The notes below the pieces were generated by a model. The model did not search any database. It was given only the letters and a program-made list of their open reading frames with translations, and was not told the DNA's origin. From positions 1-31,459 of the forward strand of contig CAZGDJ010000002.1 in the NCBI GenBank assembly GCA_964524635.1: a stretch of DNA of 31,459 nt, written 5' to 3'. Origin of the DNA: an uncultured Rikenella sp. (GTDB lineage Bacteria; Bacteroidota; Bacteroidia; Bacteroidales; VadinHA17). Below are positions 18,231 through 27,396 of the stretch, in pieces; the stretch's first letter is position 1, and each line of letters starts with the position of its first letter. The position numbers were made by a program, and so were the translations under genes.

Positions 18231-18263
18231 ATACAACTCAACCCCTTATTCATAGTATATAAA

Positions 18264-19352
18264 ATGAAAAACTCAATTCCAATTTTACTAATGGCAATGA
18301 TATTAACCATCTCTTCATGTGGCGAAAAAGAGAACCTGTTTGTTGCTTCGGGTTATACTACTGAAAATAAACCTGATATCGCACTTTGCAACCTCGGGCC
18401 AGATGGAAATACTGAGATTTTAACGCAATTCACATGTGGTGAAAACCCCTCATTCTTCACTGCAGGAAAAGATGGATTGTACTATTTCGTTAATGAAGTT
18501 GATTCATTTAACCTTAAACGTGGCGGGGGCATTACAACTCTCCGTATTGACAGGCTGAAAAGGACAGTCGAAAAGGTAAGCTCAATAAACCAGGGTGGCG
18601 GAGGACCATGCCATATTATTTTATCTGATGACGGAGGCTATCTGATCACTGCAAACTATGGCAGCGGGTCAGTATCGGTTATCAGACTTGATAAAGATGG
18701 TATTCCGGAAGAAGTAACTGATGTCATAGGTTACGGTGATAAATCACATCCTCATATGATACTGTATAACAGCAGAACAAGACTTTATTACGTCACTGAC
18801 CTTGGGCTGGACAGGGTTTACATATTTAACCTTGATACCAAAATAGGCAGGCTTATGAATGCCAAAACTCAAAATTTTAAAACCGTTGAAGGTGCAGGAC
18901 CAAGACACATGGTGATTGATACCCCCGGTACAAACCTTTATGTAATTAATGAATTGAACTCAACCATTTCAGTTTATGACATTATCCCAGGCTTGCCGGT
19001 AGTTAAGCAGACTCTTTCAACCCTGCCTGAAAGTTTTTCCGGAGAGAATTTCTGTGCTGACATACATCTGTCACATGATGGTAAAATTCTTTATGCTTCA
19101 AACAGGGGACACAACAGTATTGCCATTTTTAAAGTTGCCCGTGATGGTAAACTGACCATGACAGGAAATGTTCCCTGCAGGGGCGACTGGCCAAGAAATT
19201 TTGCGCTGAGCAATGATGACAGAAACCTTGTGGTGGGTAACCGGCGATCAAACACAATAGCCGTTCTTAAAAACGGTAAAAAAGAGTTATCAGGAGAACC
19301 AGTCTCTTCAATTCCCTTCGAGGCGCCGGCCTGTGTTAAGTTTATTGAGTAA
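18264..19352 (+). CDS. Lactonase-family beta-propeller lipoprotein (6-phosphogluconolactonase/YbhE-like)
   Basis: Lipobox LTISSC; GENPSF, GGPCHI, TANYGSGSV, SHPH, GAGPRH, ADIHLS, YASNRG and WPRNF motifs. Confidence 0.87.
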   Translation: MKNSIPILLMAMILTISSCGEKENLFVASGYTTENKPDIALCNLGPDGNTEILTQFTCGENPSFFTAGKDGLYYFVNEVDSFNLKRGGGITTLRIDRLKRTVEKVSSINQGGGGPCHIILSDDGGYLITANYGSGSVSVIRLDKDGIPEEVTDVIGYGDKSHPHMILYNSRTRLYYVTDLGLDRVYIFNLDTKIGRLMNAKTQNFKTVEGAGPRHMVIDTPGTNLYVINELNSTISVYDIIPGLPVVKQTLSTLPESFSGENFCADIHLSHDGKILYASNRGHNSIAIFKVARDGKLTMTGNVPCRGDWPRNFALSNDDRNLVVGNRRSNTIAVLKNGKKELSGEPVSSIPFEAPACVKFIE

Positions 19353-19358
19353 TTCTGG

Positions 19359-19412
19359 TTGTTAAGGTTAAGGTTAAGTGATGCTCAACCTCAACCTCAA
19401 TCTCAACCTCAG
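19359..19412 (-). terminator. Hexamer-repeat hairpin between convergent genes
   Basis: (GGTTAA)n-type arm at 19359-19378, 5-nt loop, (CTCAAC)n arm at 19384-19412. The minus-strand RNA forms a 17-bp stem with G-U wobble pairs. Confidence 0.65.
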
Positions 19413-19419
19413 GTATAGC

Positions 19420-21486
19420 TTACTTAAGGTAAGTGTCTAACCAGTTAAAAAACTCCTTCTGCCAGATGACTGCGTTCTGCGGTTTGGTGACCCAATGGGT
19501 CTCATTCTCAAAGAAAAGCAGCCTGCTGGGCACACCGTGAAGCTGTGCGGCCTGGAAGGCTTCCATGCTTTGTGTATAAGGTATCCGGAAGTCGTTTGCT
19601 CCTGTTATGATAAGTATTGGAGTATCCCATTTGTCAACAAGAGTATGCGGCGAAAATTTAGTATATGCCGTGGGCTGCGGTTTGTCCCAGGGGGTACCTC
19701 CATAGTCTTTATTCGGGTACCAGAGCTCCTCAGTTGAGAAATACTCTGCCGGCACATCAAATACTCCGCAATGTGCGATAAATGCTTTGAACCTCTTTTC
19801 ATGTATTCCGGCAAGGTAAAAGACAGAATATCCTCCATAGCTGGCACCAACTGCACCAAGGCGGTCTTTATCAACATAAGGTTCTTTGGCCATATCGTCA
19901 ATAGCATCAAGATAGTCCTGCATGTTTTTACCACCATAATCACCTGATATCTGTTCACGCCAGTAACTGCCAAATCCGGAGTTGCCACGACGGTTTACTG
20001 CCACTACAATGTATCCGTTGGCCGCCATTATCTGGTAGTTCCAGCGATAGCTCCAGCTCTGGCCAAGAGATCCCTGCGGACCGCCTTTGCAATACAAAAG
20101 GGCAGGATATTTTTTCGTAGGATCAAAGTCAGGAGGATATATTATCCAGCTTTGAAGATCCTTTCCATCTTTTGTTTTGACATAACGCTCTTCTGTCTTG
20201 CCCATTTTTATGCTCTGGTATATGTGGCCGTTGACATCGGTAATCATTGAAAACTCGCCTGTTTCCATATTTACCTTTGCTACTTCTGTGGGTCTTGACA
20301 TTGACATCATACCTGATATAAGCACTCCGTTCTGCAGGAAAAGAGGTCCCATATCGAAATTGCCTTCAGTCACCCGGGTTATTTTACCATCTGAGAGTGA
20401 GATGCTGAATATTGGCTGTGTTCCAAGATAAGGACTTGTGAACCAGATTGATCCGTTATCATTCCATTGAAAGGTTTCCACGTTATAGTCCCAGCCTTGT
20501 GAAATCCATTTCCGTTCACCGGTTGAAATATTATAGATGAAAAGGCGTGAAAGGTCGGACTCGTAGCCATCTTCTTCCATGCTTGAATAAGCTATCATTG
20601 ATCCGTCAGGGGAGAAGACAGGGTATTTATCATAACCCATGTTTCCTGTAGTTATATTGTTCTCCTCACCGGTTTCAACATTATAAAGGTAAATATCTGT
20701 GTTAGTGCTGAGGGAGTAAGCCTTACCCGTAAGTTTTTTGCTGGTGTAAGCAATGTATTTACCGTCAGGGCTCCAGCTTATCTCAGTCTCATCAAAATAT
20801 GGAGCATCAGGTGTTTCAAAGCGTTGCCCCTCAAGGATATCTTTTTCGTTGGAGATGGTTAAACCGTCGAATGAAGCCACGAATAGATGGCTGTAGGAGT
20901 AATCATGCCAGTAGTTCCAGTGCCTGAACATCATATCATCAATGATCCTGACCTTAGCATTAGAAAACCCATATTTTTCGTTTGCCGTCTGATCAAGCTT
21001 AACTCTGCGGGTAAAATATACCTTGTCATTTGTTGGAGAGAATGAAACGATTTCAAAGTCATCAGGACCTTTAATCTCTGTTTTCTCTGAACCGTCCGGA
21101 TTCATAGTCATAATCTTGCCTCCGGAAATGAAGGCTATCTTTGCGCCGTTATCAATCCACTGAGGGCCTGAGCCTCCCTCGCTGGTTAACTGCGTTGAGT
21201 TGCCTCCTACTGAAGATATTGAATAGATATTGGTGGTACGGGCCTCGGTTTCAAGATCATAGTATGTTACAGTATAAAGTACCGTTGAACCATCAGGAGA
21301 GAGTGCAATAGTCCCGATACGACCGTACTTCCATAGCATTTCAGGGGTCAGTATACCTGCAGCTTTCTCAGCGTCGGTCAGTGTTACATCAATGGGCGCC
21401 GTTTCAGGGGTTTCTGTACTCCTGGATTTACATGCACCAAAGCCAATAATTGCAATTGCAAGGATAAATAAGGTTACTTGTCTCAT
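19420..21486 (-). CDS. S9-family serine peptidase lipoprotein, dipeptidyl-peptidase 5-like
   Basis: Lipobox GFGAC; WD40-like/PD40 propeller repeats (SPDG); GGPQ; nucleophile GASYGG; Asp in GANDFRIP; His in ETHWV. Confidence 0.9.
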   Translation of the reverse strand: MRQVTLFILAIAIIGFGACKSRSTETPETAPIDVTLTDAEKAAGILTPEMLWKYGRIGTIALSPDGSTVLYTVTYYDLETEARTTNIYSISSVGGNSTQLTSEGGSGPQWIDNGAKIAFISGGKIMTMNPDGSEKTEIKGPDDFEIVSFSPTNDKVYFTRRVKLDQTANEKYGFSNAKVRIIDDMMFRHWNYWHDYSYSHLFVASFDGLTISNEKDILEGQRFETPDAPYFDETEISWSPDGKYIAYTSKKLTGKAYSLSTNTDIYLYNVETGEENNITTGNMGYDKYPVFSPDGSMIAYSSMEEDGYESDLSRLFIYNISTGERKWISQGWDYNVETFQWNDNGSIWFTSPYLGTQPIFSISLSDGKITRVTEGNFDMGPLFLQNGVLISGMMSMSRPTEVAKVNMETGEFSMITDVNGHIYQSIKMGKTEERYVKTKDGKDLQSWIIYPPDFDPTKKYPALLYCKGGPQGSLGQSWSYRWNYQIMAANGYIVVAVNRRGNSGFGSYWREQISGDYGGKNMQDYLDAIDDMAKEPYVDKDRLGAVGASYGGYSVFYLAGIHEKRFKAFIAHCGVFDVPAEYFSTEELWYPNKDYGGTPWDKPQPTAYTKFSPHTLVDKWDTPILIITGANDFRIPYTQSMEAFQAAQLHGVPSRLLFFENETHWVTKPQNAVIWQKEFFNWLDTYLK

Positions 21487-21527
21487 AGGGATAGGTTTTT
21501 CTGTTTTACAAATGCTACTGATGTATC

Positions 21528-21535
21528 CAAAGGTA
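21528..21535 (-). promoter_or_regulatory. -7 promoter element for the S9 peptidase
   Basis: CAAAGGTA on + reads TACCTTTG on -. Confidence 0.55.
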
Positions 21536-21644
21536 AATAATTAACTGCATGTTAAAAATGATGAAAATTTTCTAAGCATTTAGTATTTTGTATAAGATTT
21601 TGATATTCAGCCTGTGATATGTTTAACTCCAATCCAAAAGAAAC

Positions 21645-22214
21645 ATGAAAGCTCTGAAACTGTTATTTCTGCTTTTTGCGGTAATATGCATGGTATTGAC
21701 ATGCGGAAAAACTGACAGGAACTTAAAAGGTGATAACCTGAAAAAAGGGAAAGTTAAAATGGTTACTCTGCCTTTTGAGGCGGACTTCACAGGAACCTAT
21801 ATTTATGTTGGTCCTGACACTCTTCCTGATCATAAGTGTGGTGAACCATTATCTGCCTGGAGGGCAATTGTTGACTGTAAAGGGACAGGTGTTCCTATCG
21901 GAGAACTTACAGCACACTTTGACTTCTGCGGAGATGCTGAAAGCCACTATGGTAATAATCATGCCTATATGTTTGCCGGGGGAGATACTCTTTTTGTTGC
22001 ATGTGCCGGACAGGTAATTGATGGCAGACTTGAAGATCACCCGGCATGTGTGACTTCATACTGGAGAGATCCGTTTACAATTCTGGGAGGCACCGGACAG
22101 TATTACGGGGCATCAGGCTCAGGAATGACTGATGATTATAACAGTGACCTGGATCCTTTTTCACATCATCATTGGACAGGTACCATTACTCTTGTTAAAG
22201 GGAGACCGCATTAA
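21645..22214 (+). CDS. Hypothetical lipoprotein, possible allene-oxide-cyclase/dirigent-like beta-barrel
   Basis: Signal peptide ending VLTC; beta-rich sequence; FTILGGTGQYYGASGSG motif. Confidence 0.7.
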   Translation: MKALKLLFLLFAVICMVLTCGKTDRNLKGDNLKKGKVKMVTLPFEADFTGTYIYVGPDTLPDHKCGEPLSAWRAIVDCKGTGVPIGELTAHFDFCGDAESHYGNNHAYMFAGGDTLFVACAGQVIDGRLEDHPACVTSYWRDPFTILGGTGQYYGASGSGMTDDYNSDLDPFSHHHWTGTITLVKGRPH

Positions 22215-22222
22215 ATATCTGA

Positions 22223-22284
22223 CTTTTATACTGCAGGTTGAATTCAGGTATAAAAGAAAGAGGGTGTCTGCCCGGGACACCCTC
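22223..22284. terminator. Twin hairpins between convergent genes; the second is a likely recA terminator
   Basis: CTTTTATAC (22223-22231) pairs with GTATAAAAG (22248-22256). GAGGGTGTC (22260-22268) pairs with GACACCCTC (22276-22284) and is followed on the minus strand by CTTTCTTTT. Confidence 0.7.
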
Positions 22285-22289
22285 AATTG

Positions 22290-23300
22290 TTATTTTGCTT
22301 TCTCCTTTAACTGTTCAAAGATCTTTGCTTTGATCTCATCAGCCAGTTCAGGATTATCATCAAGAATCTGTTTTACCGCATCGCGCCCCTGTCCGATTTT
22401 TGTATCACCGTAAGAAAACCATGAACCGCTCTTCTTAATAATGTTTAAATCGACTCCCAGATCGACTATTTCTCCTGTGCGTGATATGCCTTCGCCAAAG
22501 AGAATATCAAAATCAGCTTTCCTGAAAGGTGGCGCCAGTTTATTCTTTACAACCTTGACCCTCACACGGTTACCAACTGCATCTTCCCCTTCCTTGATTT
22601 GATTTACCCTTCTTATGTCAAGTCTTATCGAGGCATAAAACTTCAATGCGTTTCCACCAGTTGTCGTCTCAGGATTTCCGAACATGATACCGATTTTCTC
22701 CCTGAGCTGGTTAATAAAGATACATGTGGTGTTTGTCTTGTTGATATTGGCAGTCAGCTTACGCAGTGCCTGTGACATGAGCCTTGCCTGCAGACCCATC
22801 TTGGAGTCACCCATCTCACCTTCTATCTCTGCTTTAGGAGTAAGGGCAGCCACGGAGTCAATGACGATAATATCAATGGCACCTGATCTTATAAGGTGGT
22901 CTGCTATTTCCAGAGCCTGTTCGCCATTGTCAGGTTGTGATATAAGAAGATTCTCAACGTCAACGCCAAGCTTCTCAGCATAAAACCTGTCAAAAGCATG
23001 TTCTGCATCAATAATGGCAGCAATACCTCCTGCTTTCTGAGCCTCTGCAATTGCGTGAATGGCAAGCGTGGTTTTACCTGATGACTCCGGCCCGTATATC
23101 TCAACCACTCTGCCTCTTGGAAGACCACCAATCCCCAGAGCAGCATCAAGACCAATGGAGCCGGTTGAAATCACCTGGACGTTATCAATGGCATGATCGC
23201 CGAGCTTCATAATAGTACCACGGCCAAAATCCTTCTCGATCTTACCCAGCGTCACCTCAAGTGCCTTTAGCTTATCCTTATTTATCTCTTTCTTTTCCAT
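22290..23300 (-). CDS. recA: Recombinase RecA
   Basis: [53 protein letters not shown]; no intein. Confidence 0.98.
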   Translation of the reverse strand: MEKKEINKDKLKALEVTLGKIEKDFGRGTIMKLGDHAIDNVQVISTGSIGLDAALGIGGLPRGRVVEIYGPESSGKTTLAIHAIAEAQKAGGIAAIIDAEHAFDRFYAEKLGVDVENLLISQPDNGEQALEIADHLIRSGAIDIIVIDSVAALTPKAEIEGEMGDSKMGLQARLMSQALRKLTANINKTNTTCIFINQLREKIGIMFGNPETTTGGNALKFYASIRLDIRRVNQIKEGEDAVGNRVRVKVVKNKLAPPFRKADFDILFGEGISRTGEIVDLGVDLNIIKKSGSWFSYGDTKIGQGRDAVKQILDDNPELADEIKAKIFEQLKEKAK

Positions 23301-23319
23301 TTATGTTCAGTGATTAGTA

Positions 23320-23787
23320 TTATTTTTTTTGGTAGAGTTTGAAAATCTGAGTAGCATGTTCCTTTGTATCAACTTTTCTGATCACCTTCTCAATCAAGCC
23401 CTTTTCATTGATAATGAAGGTTGTGCGCAGTACTCCGGTGACTTTCTTGCCATACATAACTTTTTCACCATAGGCTCCGTATGCAGAAAGTATTTTTTTA
23501 TCAGGATCAGCTATAAGAGGGAAGGGGAGATCAAGTTTTGATATGAAGTTTTTATGAGATTTTTCATTGTCAGGACTGACACCTAAGACAACGAAGCCTT
23601 TGTCAATCAACGCTTTATATGAGTCACGAAGACTGCATGCTTCTGCAGTACAACCGGGAGTGTTATCTTTTGGGTAGAAATATAAAATGACCTTAGTCCC
23701 GAGATACTTTTTAAGGCTGATAACGTTTCCATCCTGATCCTTTCCTTCAAATTGCGGAGCAGGCATCCCTTCTGATAGTTGAATCAT
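23320..23787 (-). CDS. bcp: Thioredoxin-dependent thiol peroxidase (BCP)
   Basis: YFYPKDNTPGCTAEAC; GVLRTTFII; 19 nt upstream of recA. Confidence 0.93.
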   Translation of the reverse strand: MIQLSEGMPAPQFEGKDQDGNVISLKKYLGTKVILYFYPKDNTPGCTAEACSLRDSYKALIDKGFVVLGVSPDNEKSHKNFISKLDLPFPLIADPDKKILSAYGAYGEKVMYGKKVTGVLRTTFIINEKGLIEKVIRKVDTKEHATQIFKLYQKK

Positions 23788-23797
23788 GACTTTTTAG

Positions 23798-23805
23798 TAA
23801 ATTTG
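23798..23805 (+). promoter_or_regulatory. -7 promoter element for the TPR/SPOR-clpS-nfeD-floA cluster
   Basis: TAAATTTG; a divergent TACCTTTA-like variant on the minus strand at 23816-23823 may serve bcp-recA. Confidence 0.5.
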
Positions 23806-23870
23806 TTCAGATTGGTAAAGGTATGAAGTTATCATCTATTGTAAAATTTTTATTCTTCAGAGTTATTAAC

Positions 23871-25565
23871 ATGAGGAGACCATCGGTATATATTGGAGTG
23901 ATGTTTTGTTTTATCATCGCAACCTCACCTTTGTTATCTCAGGATGGCTCCTTCAAACCTTCCCGGACTGAGGCAGAGACAGCATGGAATACTGGTGATT
24001 ATGAAACAGCATACAGGCATTATAATGCATTATTGCTGCTTTATTCCCGTGATCCCTCTTACAAGTATTACACTGGTGCCTGCCTGGTAAAATTGGAACG
24101 TGATCCTTCAAGAGCGGTATCTCTTCTTGGTTCTGCAATAAATAGTTCATCGAATGTCAAGACAGTGCCCGATGATGTCTGGTTTCATTACGGACATGCA
24201 TTACAGATGAACGGCAAATGTGGTGAAGCAAAAGAAGCTTTTGACAAATTTATACGGTACGCAGGGAAACGAAAAGCACAGGAATATGAAGTACAGAAGC
24301 TGATTGACAACTGTAAAGCGATACCTGCTGTATCAGTATTGCCTGACAACTCCGGAAATGCCTCATCACAAAGAACATACAGGGCCGATGCTGATTATCA
24401 AAAAGTGAATGATCCGGGAATTCGGGCTGAAGAAGCAGCAAAAGATGCAACTAGAAAGAATGAACCTGCTCAGAACGCCGTGCTGCAGGTTAATAACCAG
24501 GAGCTGATTGTACCTGAAGATTATGACAAAAAGCTCACCTCAGCACTGAGACTGCAATATGAAGCAGATTCCATGACCAGGGTGGCCAATGCAATAAGAA
24601 GAACAGCAACAACTGTTCCGCCTGAAAAGAGGCAGACACTGGTTCTGAAAGCTGCTTCTCTTGAGAAAAAGGCAGCTGTCAGGGTGAGAGCGGCTGACTC
24701 ATTACTTTTAACACTGGAGCCTGACTATCAGCCCGATAGGTTTGAGCCTGGTGGCGATGCAAAAGATTTGGAAGGCTTCAATGAAAGTGATGAACCAGTA
24801 ACTGATAATAAAGCTGTCAGAGATAGTGAACCCAATAATGAAATGCCGGTTTTTTCAGTTTTCGAAATTCGCTCCGCGCCTGCCTATAACGAGAAAAATC
24901 CTATACCCGTAGGGAAAGAGTTTTCTAAAGGCCTTGTCTATAGAATCCAACTTGCCGCGTTTAAAAATCCGGTGCCAGCTTCTCATTTTAAAGGCTTGTA
25001 TCCCATCTATGGCAAGGTTAAACAGGAGAATGGCGTGACTTATTATTATGCAGGGGAATTCCGCACAGTTGAATCAGCAAGGGAAGCTCTTCAGAAGGTA
25101 CGCTCAGGCGGCTTCCCCGATGCATTTGTAACAGCAATGATGGATGATGAACAGGTATCGATGGAACGTGCCCTGATACTGGAAAAGGAGTGGAGCAAGA
25201 AACCTTTTCTTTACAAAAAGATATCTCCTTCATCTCAGGAAATTGAACCTGTGGCTGATACCGTTCCTGTTGGAACCCTTTATTTCAGAGCTGAGGTCAT
25301 GCGTTCAAAAAAAACAGTGCAACCCGATGTCACTGAGAAGATTCAGGTGCTCTCAGGAAGACGCGGATTGGATATTATTAAGAACAAGCAGGGAGAAACT
25401 CTCTTTCTGGTCGGGAATTTTATTACTTTTGAAAGCGCTGAAGAGTATGTTTCATTACTGGTACGTAATGGCTATCCATCAGCTAAGGTGGTGGCATATG
25501 TTGGAATACGTGAGATACCTGTTGATGAAGCCAGAAAATTATTAAATAAGTTGACAGATGACTAA
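23871..25565 (+). CDS. Exported TPR-repeat protein with C-terminal SPOR-like domain(s)
   Basis: Signal peptide MRRPSVYIGVMFCFIIATSPLLS|Q; TPR helices (DYETAYRHYNALL, VWFHYGHALQMNGKCGEAKEAFDKF); helical middle; SPOR-like YRIQLAAF...YYYAGEF...AREALQKVRSGGFPDAFV and a second degenerate copy. The alternative start is 23823. Confidence 0.75.
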   Translation: MRRPSVYIGVMFCFIIATSPLLSQDGSFKPSRTEAETAWNTGDYETAYRHYNALLLLYSRDPSYKYYTGACLVKLERDPSRAVSLLGSAINSSSNVKTVPDDVWFHYGHALQMNGKCGEAKEAFDKFIRYAGKRKAQEYEVQKLIDNCKAIPAVSVLPDNSGNASSQRTYRADADYQKVNDPGIRAEEAAKDATRKNEPAQNAVLQVNNQELIVPEDYDKKLTSALRLQYEADSMTRVANAIRRTATTVPPEKRQTLVLKAASLEKKAAVRVRAADSLLLTLEPDYQPDRFEPGGDAKDLEGFNESDEPVTDNKAVRDSEPNNEMPVFSVFEIRSAPAYNEKNPIPVGKEFSKGLVYRIQLAAFKNPVPASHFKGLYPIYGKVKQENGVTYYYAGEFRTVESAREALQKVRSGGFPDAFVTAMMDDEQVSMERALILEKEWSKKPFLYKKISPSSQEIEPVADTVPVGTLYFRAEVMRSKKTVQPDVTEKIQVLSGRRGLDIIKNKQGETLFLVGNFITFESAEEYVSLLVRNGYPSAKVVAYVGIREIPVDEARKLLNKLTDD

Positions 25566-25827
25566 AGGAGCACCGAGCCCATGGGAGGGTATGAGAAGCC
25601 AGGAAGAGGAGAAATCTCTTCTTCTGATAAATGATGATATTAATACTTTCGATCATGTAATAAATTCACTTGTCGATGTCTGTGGACATGATGAGATACA
25701 GGCAGAACAATGCGCATTGCTGACCCATCATAAAGGCGGATGTATTGTTAAAATGGGAGATGCCGTAACACTTGAGAAGATGAGCCTCAGACTGAGAGAA
25801 TTACATCTCGATTCAATTGTAATATAA
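25558..25827 (+). CDS. clpS: ATP-dependent Clp protease adaptor ClpS
   Basis: LLINDDINTFDHVI (N-degron pocket) and AEQCALLTHHKG; overlaps the upstream stop by 8 nt. Confidence 0.88.
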   Translation: MTKGAPSPWEGMRSQEEEKSLLLINDDINTFDHVINSLVDVCGHDEIQAEQCALLTHHKGGCIVKMGDAVTLEKMSLRLRELHLDSIVI

Positions 25828-25837
25828 AATATAACTG

Positions 25838-26311
25838 ATGTCGCTAGGATTAATAATTTTTCTTATCCTGCTTGGACTTTTATTATTCATTATCGAGTTC
25901 ATCCTGATACCGGGTATTACGGTAGCCGGGATAGGTGGTGCTGTTTGCATTTTGCTTGGGGTAATACTTGCTTTTACAAACTTTGGAACTACGACGGGAT
26001 TGATTGTCCTGGGTTCCACCGCCCTGCTCCTGTTAGTTACAACAACTCTGATGCTTAAGGCAGGCACCTGGAAGAAATTCATGCTTAAAACCGCTGTTGA
26101 CGGCAAAGTAGATAATATTGGCAAGGATGAGGGAAAAGTAAAACCAGGAGACAAAGGTGTGACGGTGACACGTCTTGCGCCAGGCGGCAAAGTACTTGTT
26201 AACGGTGAGTATTTTGAAGCTAAATCGATAGATATTCTTATCGATCCCAGGAAAGAAATTGAAGTCATCAAAATAGACGATAATAAACTGATAGTAAAAC
26301 CAATAAAATAA
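25838..26311 (+). CDS. Short NfeD-family membrane protein (TM helices + OB fold)
   Basis: LLLFIIEFILIPG; three TM helices; GVTVTRLAPGGKVLVNGEYFEAKS OB fold; lies directly before floA. Confidence 0.85.
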   Translation: MSLGLIIFLILLGLLLFIIEFILIPGITVAGIGGAVCILLGVILAFTNFGTTTGLIVLGSTALLLLVTTTLMLKAGTWKKFMLKTAVDGKVDNIGKDEGKVKPGDKGVTVTRLAPGGKVLVNGEYFEAKSIDILIDPRKEIEVIKIDDNKLIVKPIK

Positions 26312-26317
26312 AACGAG

Positions 26318-27307
26318 ATGAGTGGTTCAATGGGAATTTATCTGATAATAATAGCCGGAGCTGTTATTCTTTTATGGATACTGTTATATTTTATCCCGAT
26401 CGCATTATGGTTCCGGGCCCTTGTGTCAGGTGTCCGTATAAGTCTTTTGCAGCTTATATTTATGCGCTGGAGGAAAGTGCCACCTCCTGTTATAGTACAA
26501 TCAATGATTGAAGCCTATAAAGCAGGAATAAATCTTAACCGCGATGAGATGGAGGCTCACTATCTTGCCGGAGGTCATGTTCCGCAGGTTGTTCATGCTC
26601 TTGTGTCTGCCTCAAAGGCTAACATAGATCTGTCTTTTAAAATGGCAACTGCCATTGATCTTGCCGGACGTGATGTGTTTCAGGCAGTACAGATGTCTGT
26701 CAACCCGAAAGTAATTGATACACCTCCTGTAACAGCAGTAGCACGTGATGGTATTCAGCTGATAGCCAAGGCAAGAGTAACCGTGAGAGCAAGCATAAAA
26801 CAGCTTGTCGGAGGCGCAGGTGAAGAGACGGTGCTGGCCCGCGTTGGTGAAGGTATCGTTTCATCAATAGGTTCTGCTCACAGTCATAAAGAGGTACTTG
26901 AGAATCCTGACAGGATTAGCAAGACTGTCCTTGAGAAAGGCCTTGATGCCGGCACTGCTTTCGAAATACTCTCTATTGATATCGCTGACATAGATATTGG
27001 CAAAAACATCGGCGCTGTACTGCAGATGGATCAGGCGAACGCTGACAAGAACATTGCACAAGCCAAGGCTGAGGAACGCAGAGCAATGGCCGTTGCCCTT
27101 GAACAGGAGATGAAAGCCAAAGCCCAGGAGGCACGGGCTAAAGTTATTGAAGCAGAAGTAGAGATACCGCTTGCGATGGCTCATGCATTCAAAAGCGGGA
27201 ATCTTGGCATAATGGATTACTACAGGATGAAAAACATCGAAGCAGATACCAATATGCGTGACTCCATTTCAAAACCACCCACTTCGGGAGGAGATAAGAA
27301 AAAATAG
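26318..27307 (+). CDS. floA: Flotillin-like protein FloA (YqfA/UPF0365)
   Basis: LEAH-type [69 protein letters not shown]. Confidence 0.93.
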   Translation: MSGSMGIYLIIIAGAVILLWILLYFIPIALWFRALVSGVRISLLQLIFMRWRKVPPPVIVQSMIEAYKAGINLNRDEMEAHYLAGGHVPQVVHALVSASKANIDLSFKMATAIDLAGRDVFQAVQMSVNPKVIDTPPVTAVARDGIQLIAKARVTVRASIKQLVGGAGEETVLARVGEGIVSSIGSAHSHKEVLENPDRISKTVLEKGLDAGTAFEILSIDIADIDIGKNIGAVLQMDQANADKNIAQAKAEERRAMAVALEQEMKAKAQEARAKVIEAEVEIPLAMAHAFKSGNLGIMDYYRMKNIEADTNMRDSISKPPTSGGDKKK

Positions 27308-27331
27308 TAAAGGCACGTTCACATAAAAATT

Positions 27332-27360
27332 AAAGGCCGGGAGGATCTTCCGGCTTTTTT
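27332..27360. terminator. Bidirectional intrinsic terminator
   Basis: AAAG-GCCGGGAG-GAT-CTTCCGGC-TTTTTT between convergent floA and cysteine synthase. Confidence 0.8.
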
Positions 27361-27396
27361 GATATCTTTTCAAATAATAATCACCAGTTATTTGAC

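Noticed and set aside
9374-23300. uvrA, mutS-like and recA as a DNA-repair or defence island
   Set aside because: Spread over 14 kb among unrelated housekeeping genes in different orientations; no mobility genes or obvious compositional shift.
22290-23300. Intein or intron in recA or uvrA
   Set aside because: Both have normal lengths and contiguous motifs.
23875-23885. GGA-GACCA-TCG, a near-match to the GGA-N5-TCC Bacteroidota SOS box as I recall it, upstream of bcp-recA
   Set aside because: One mismatch, lies within the coding start of the TPR gene, and there is no matching box upstream of slt-uvrA.
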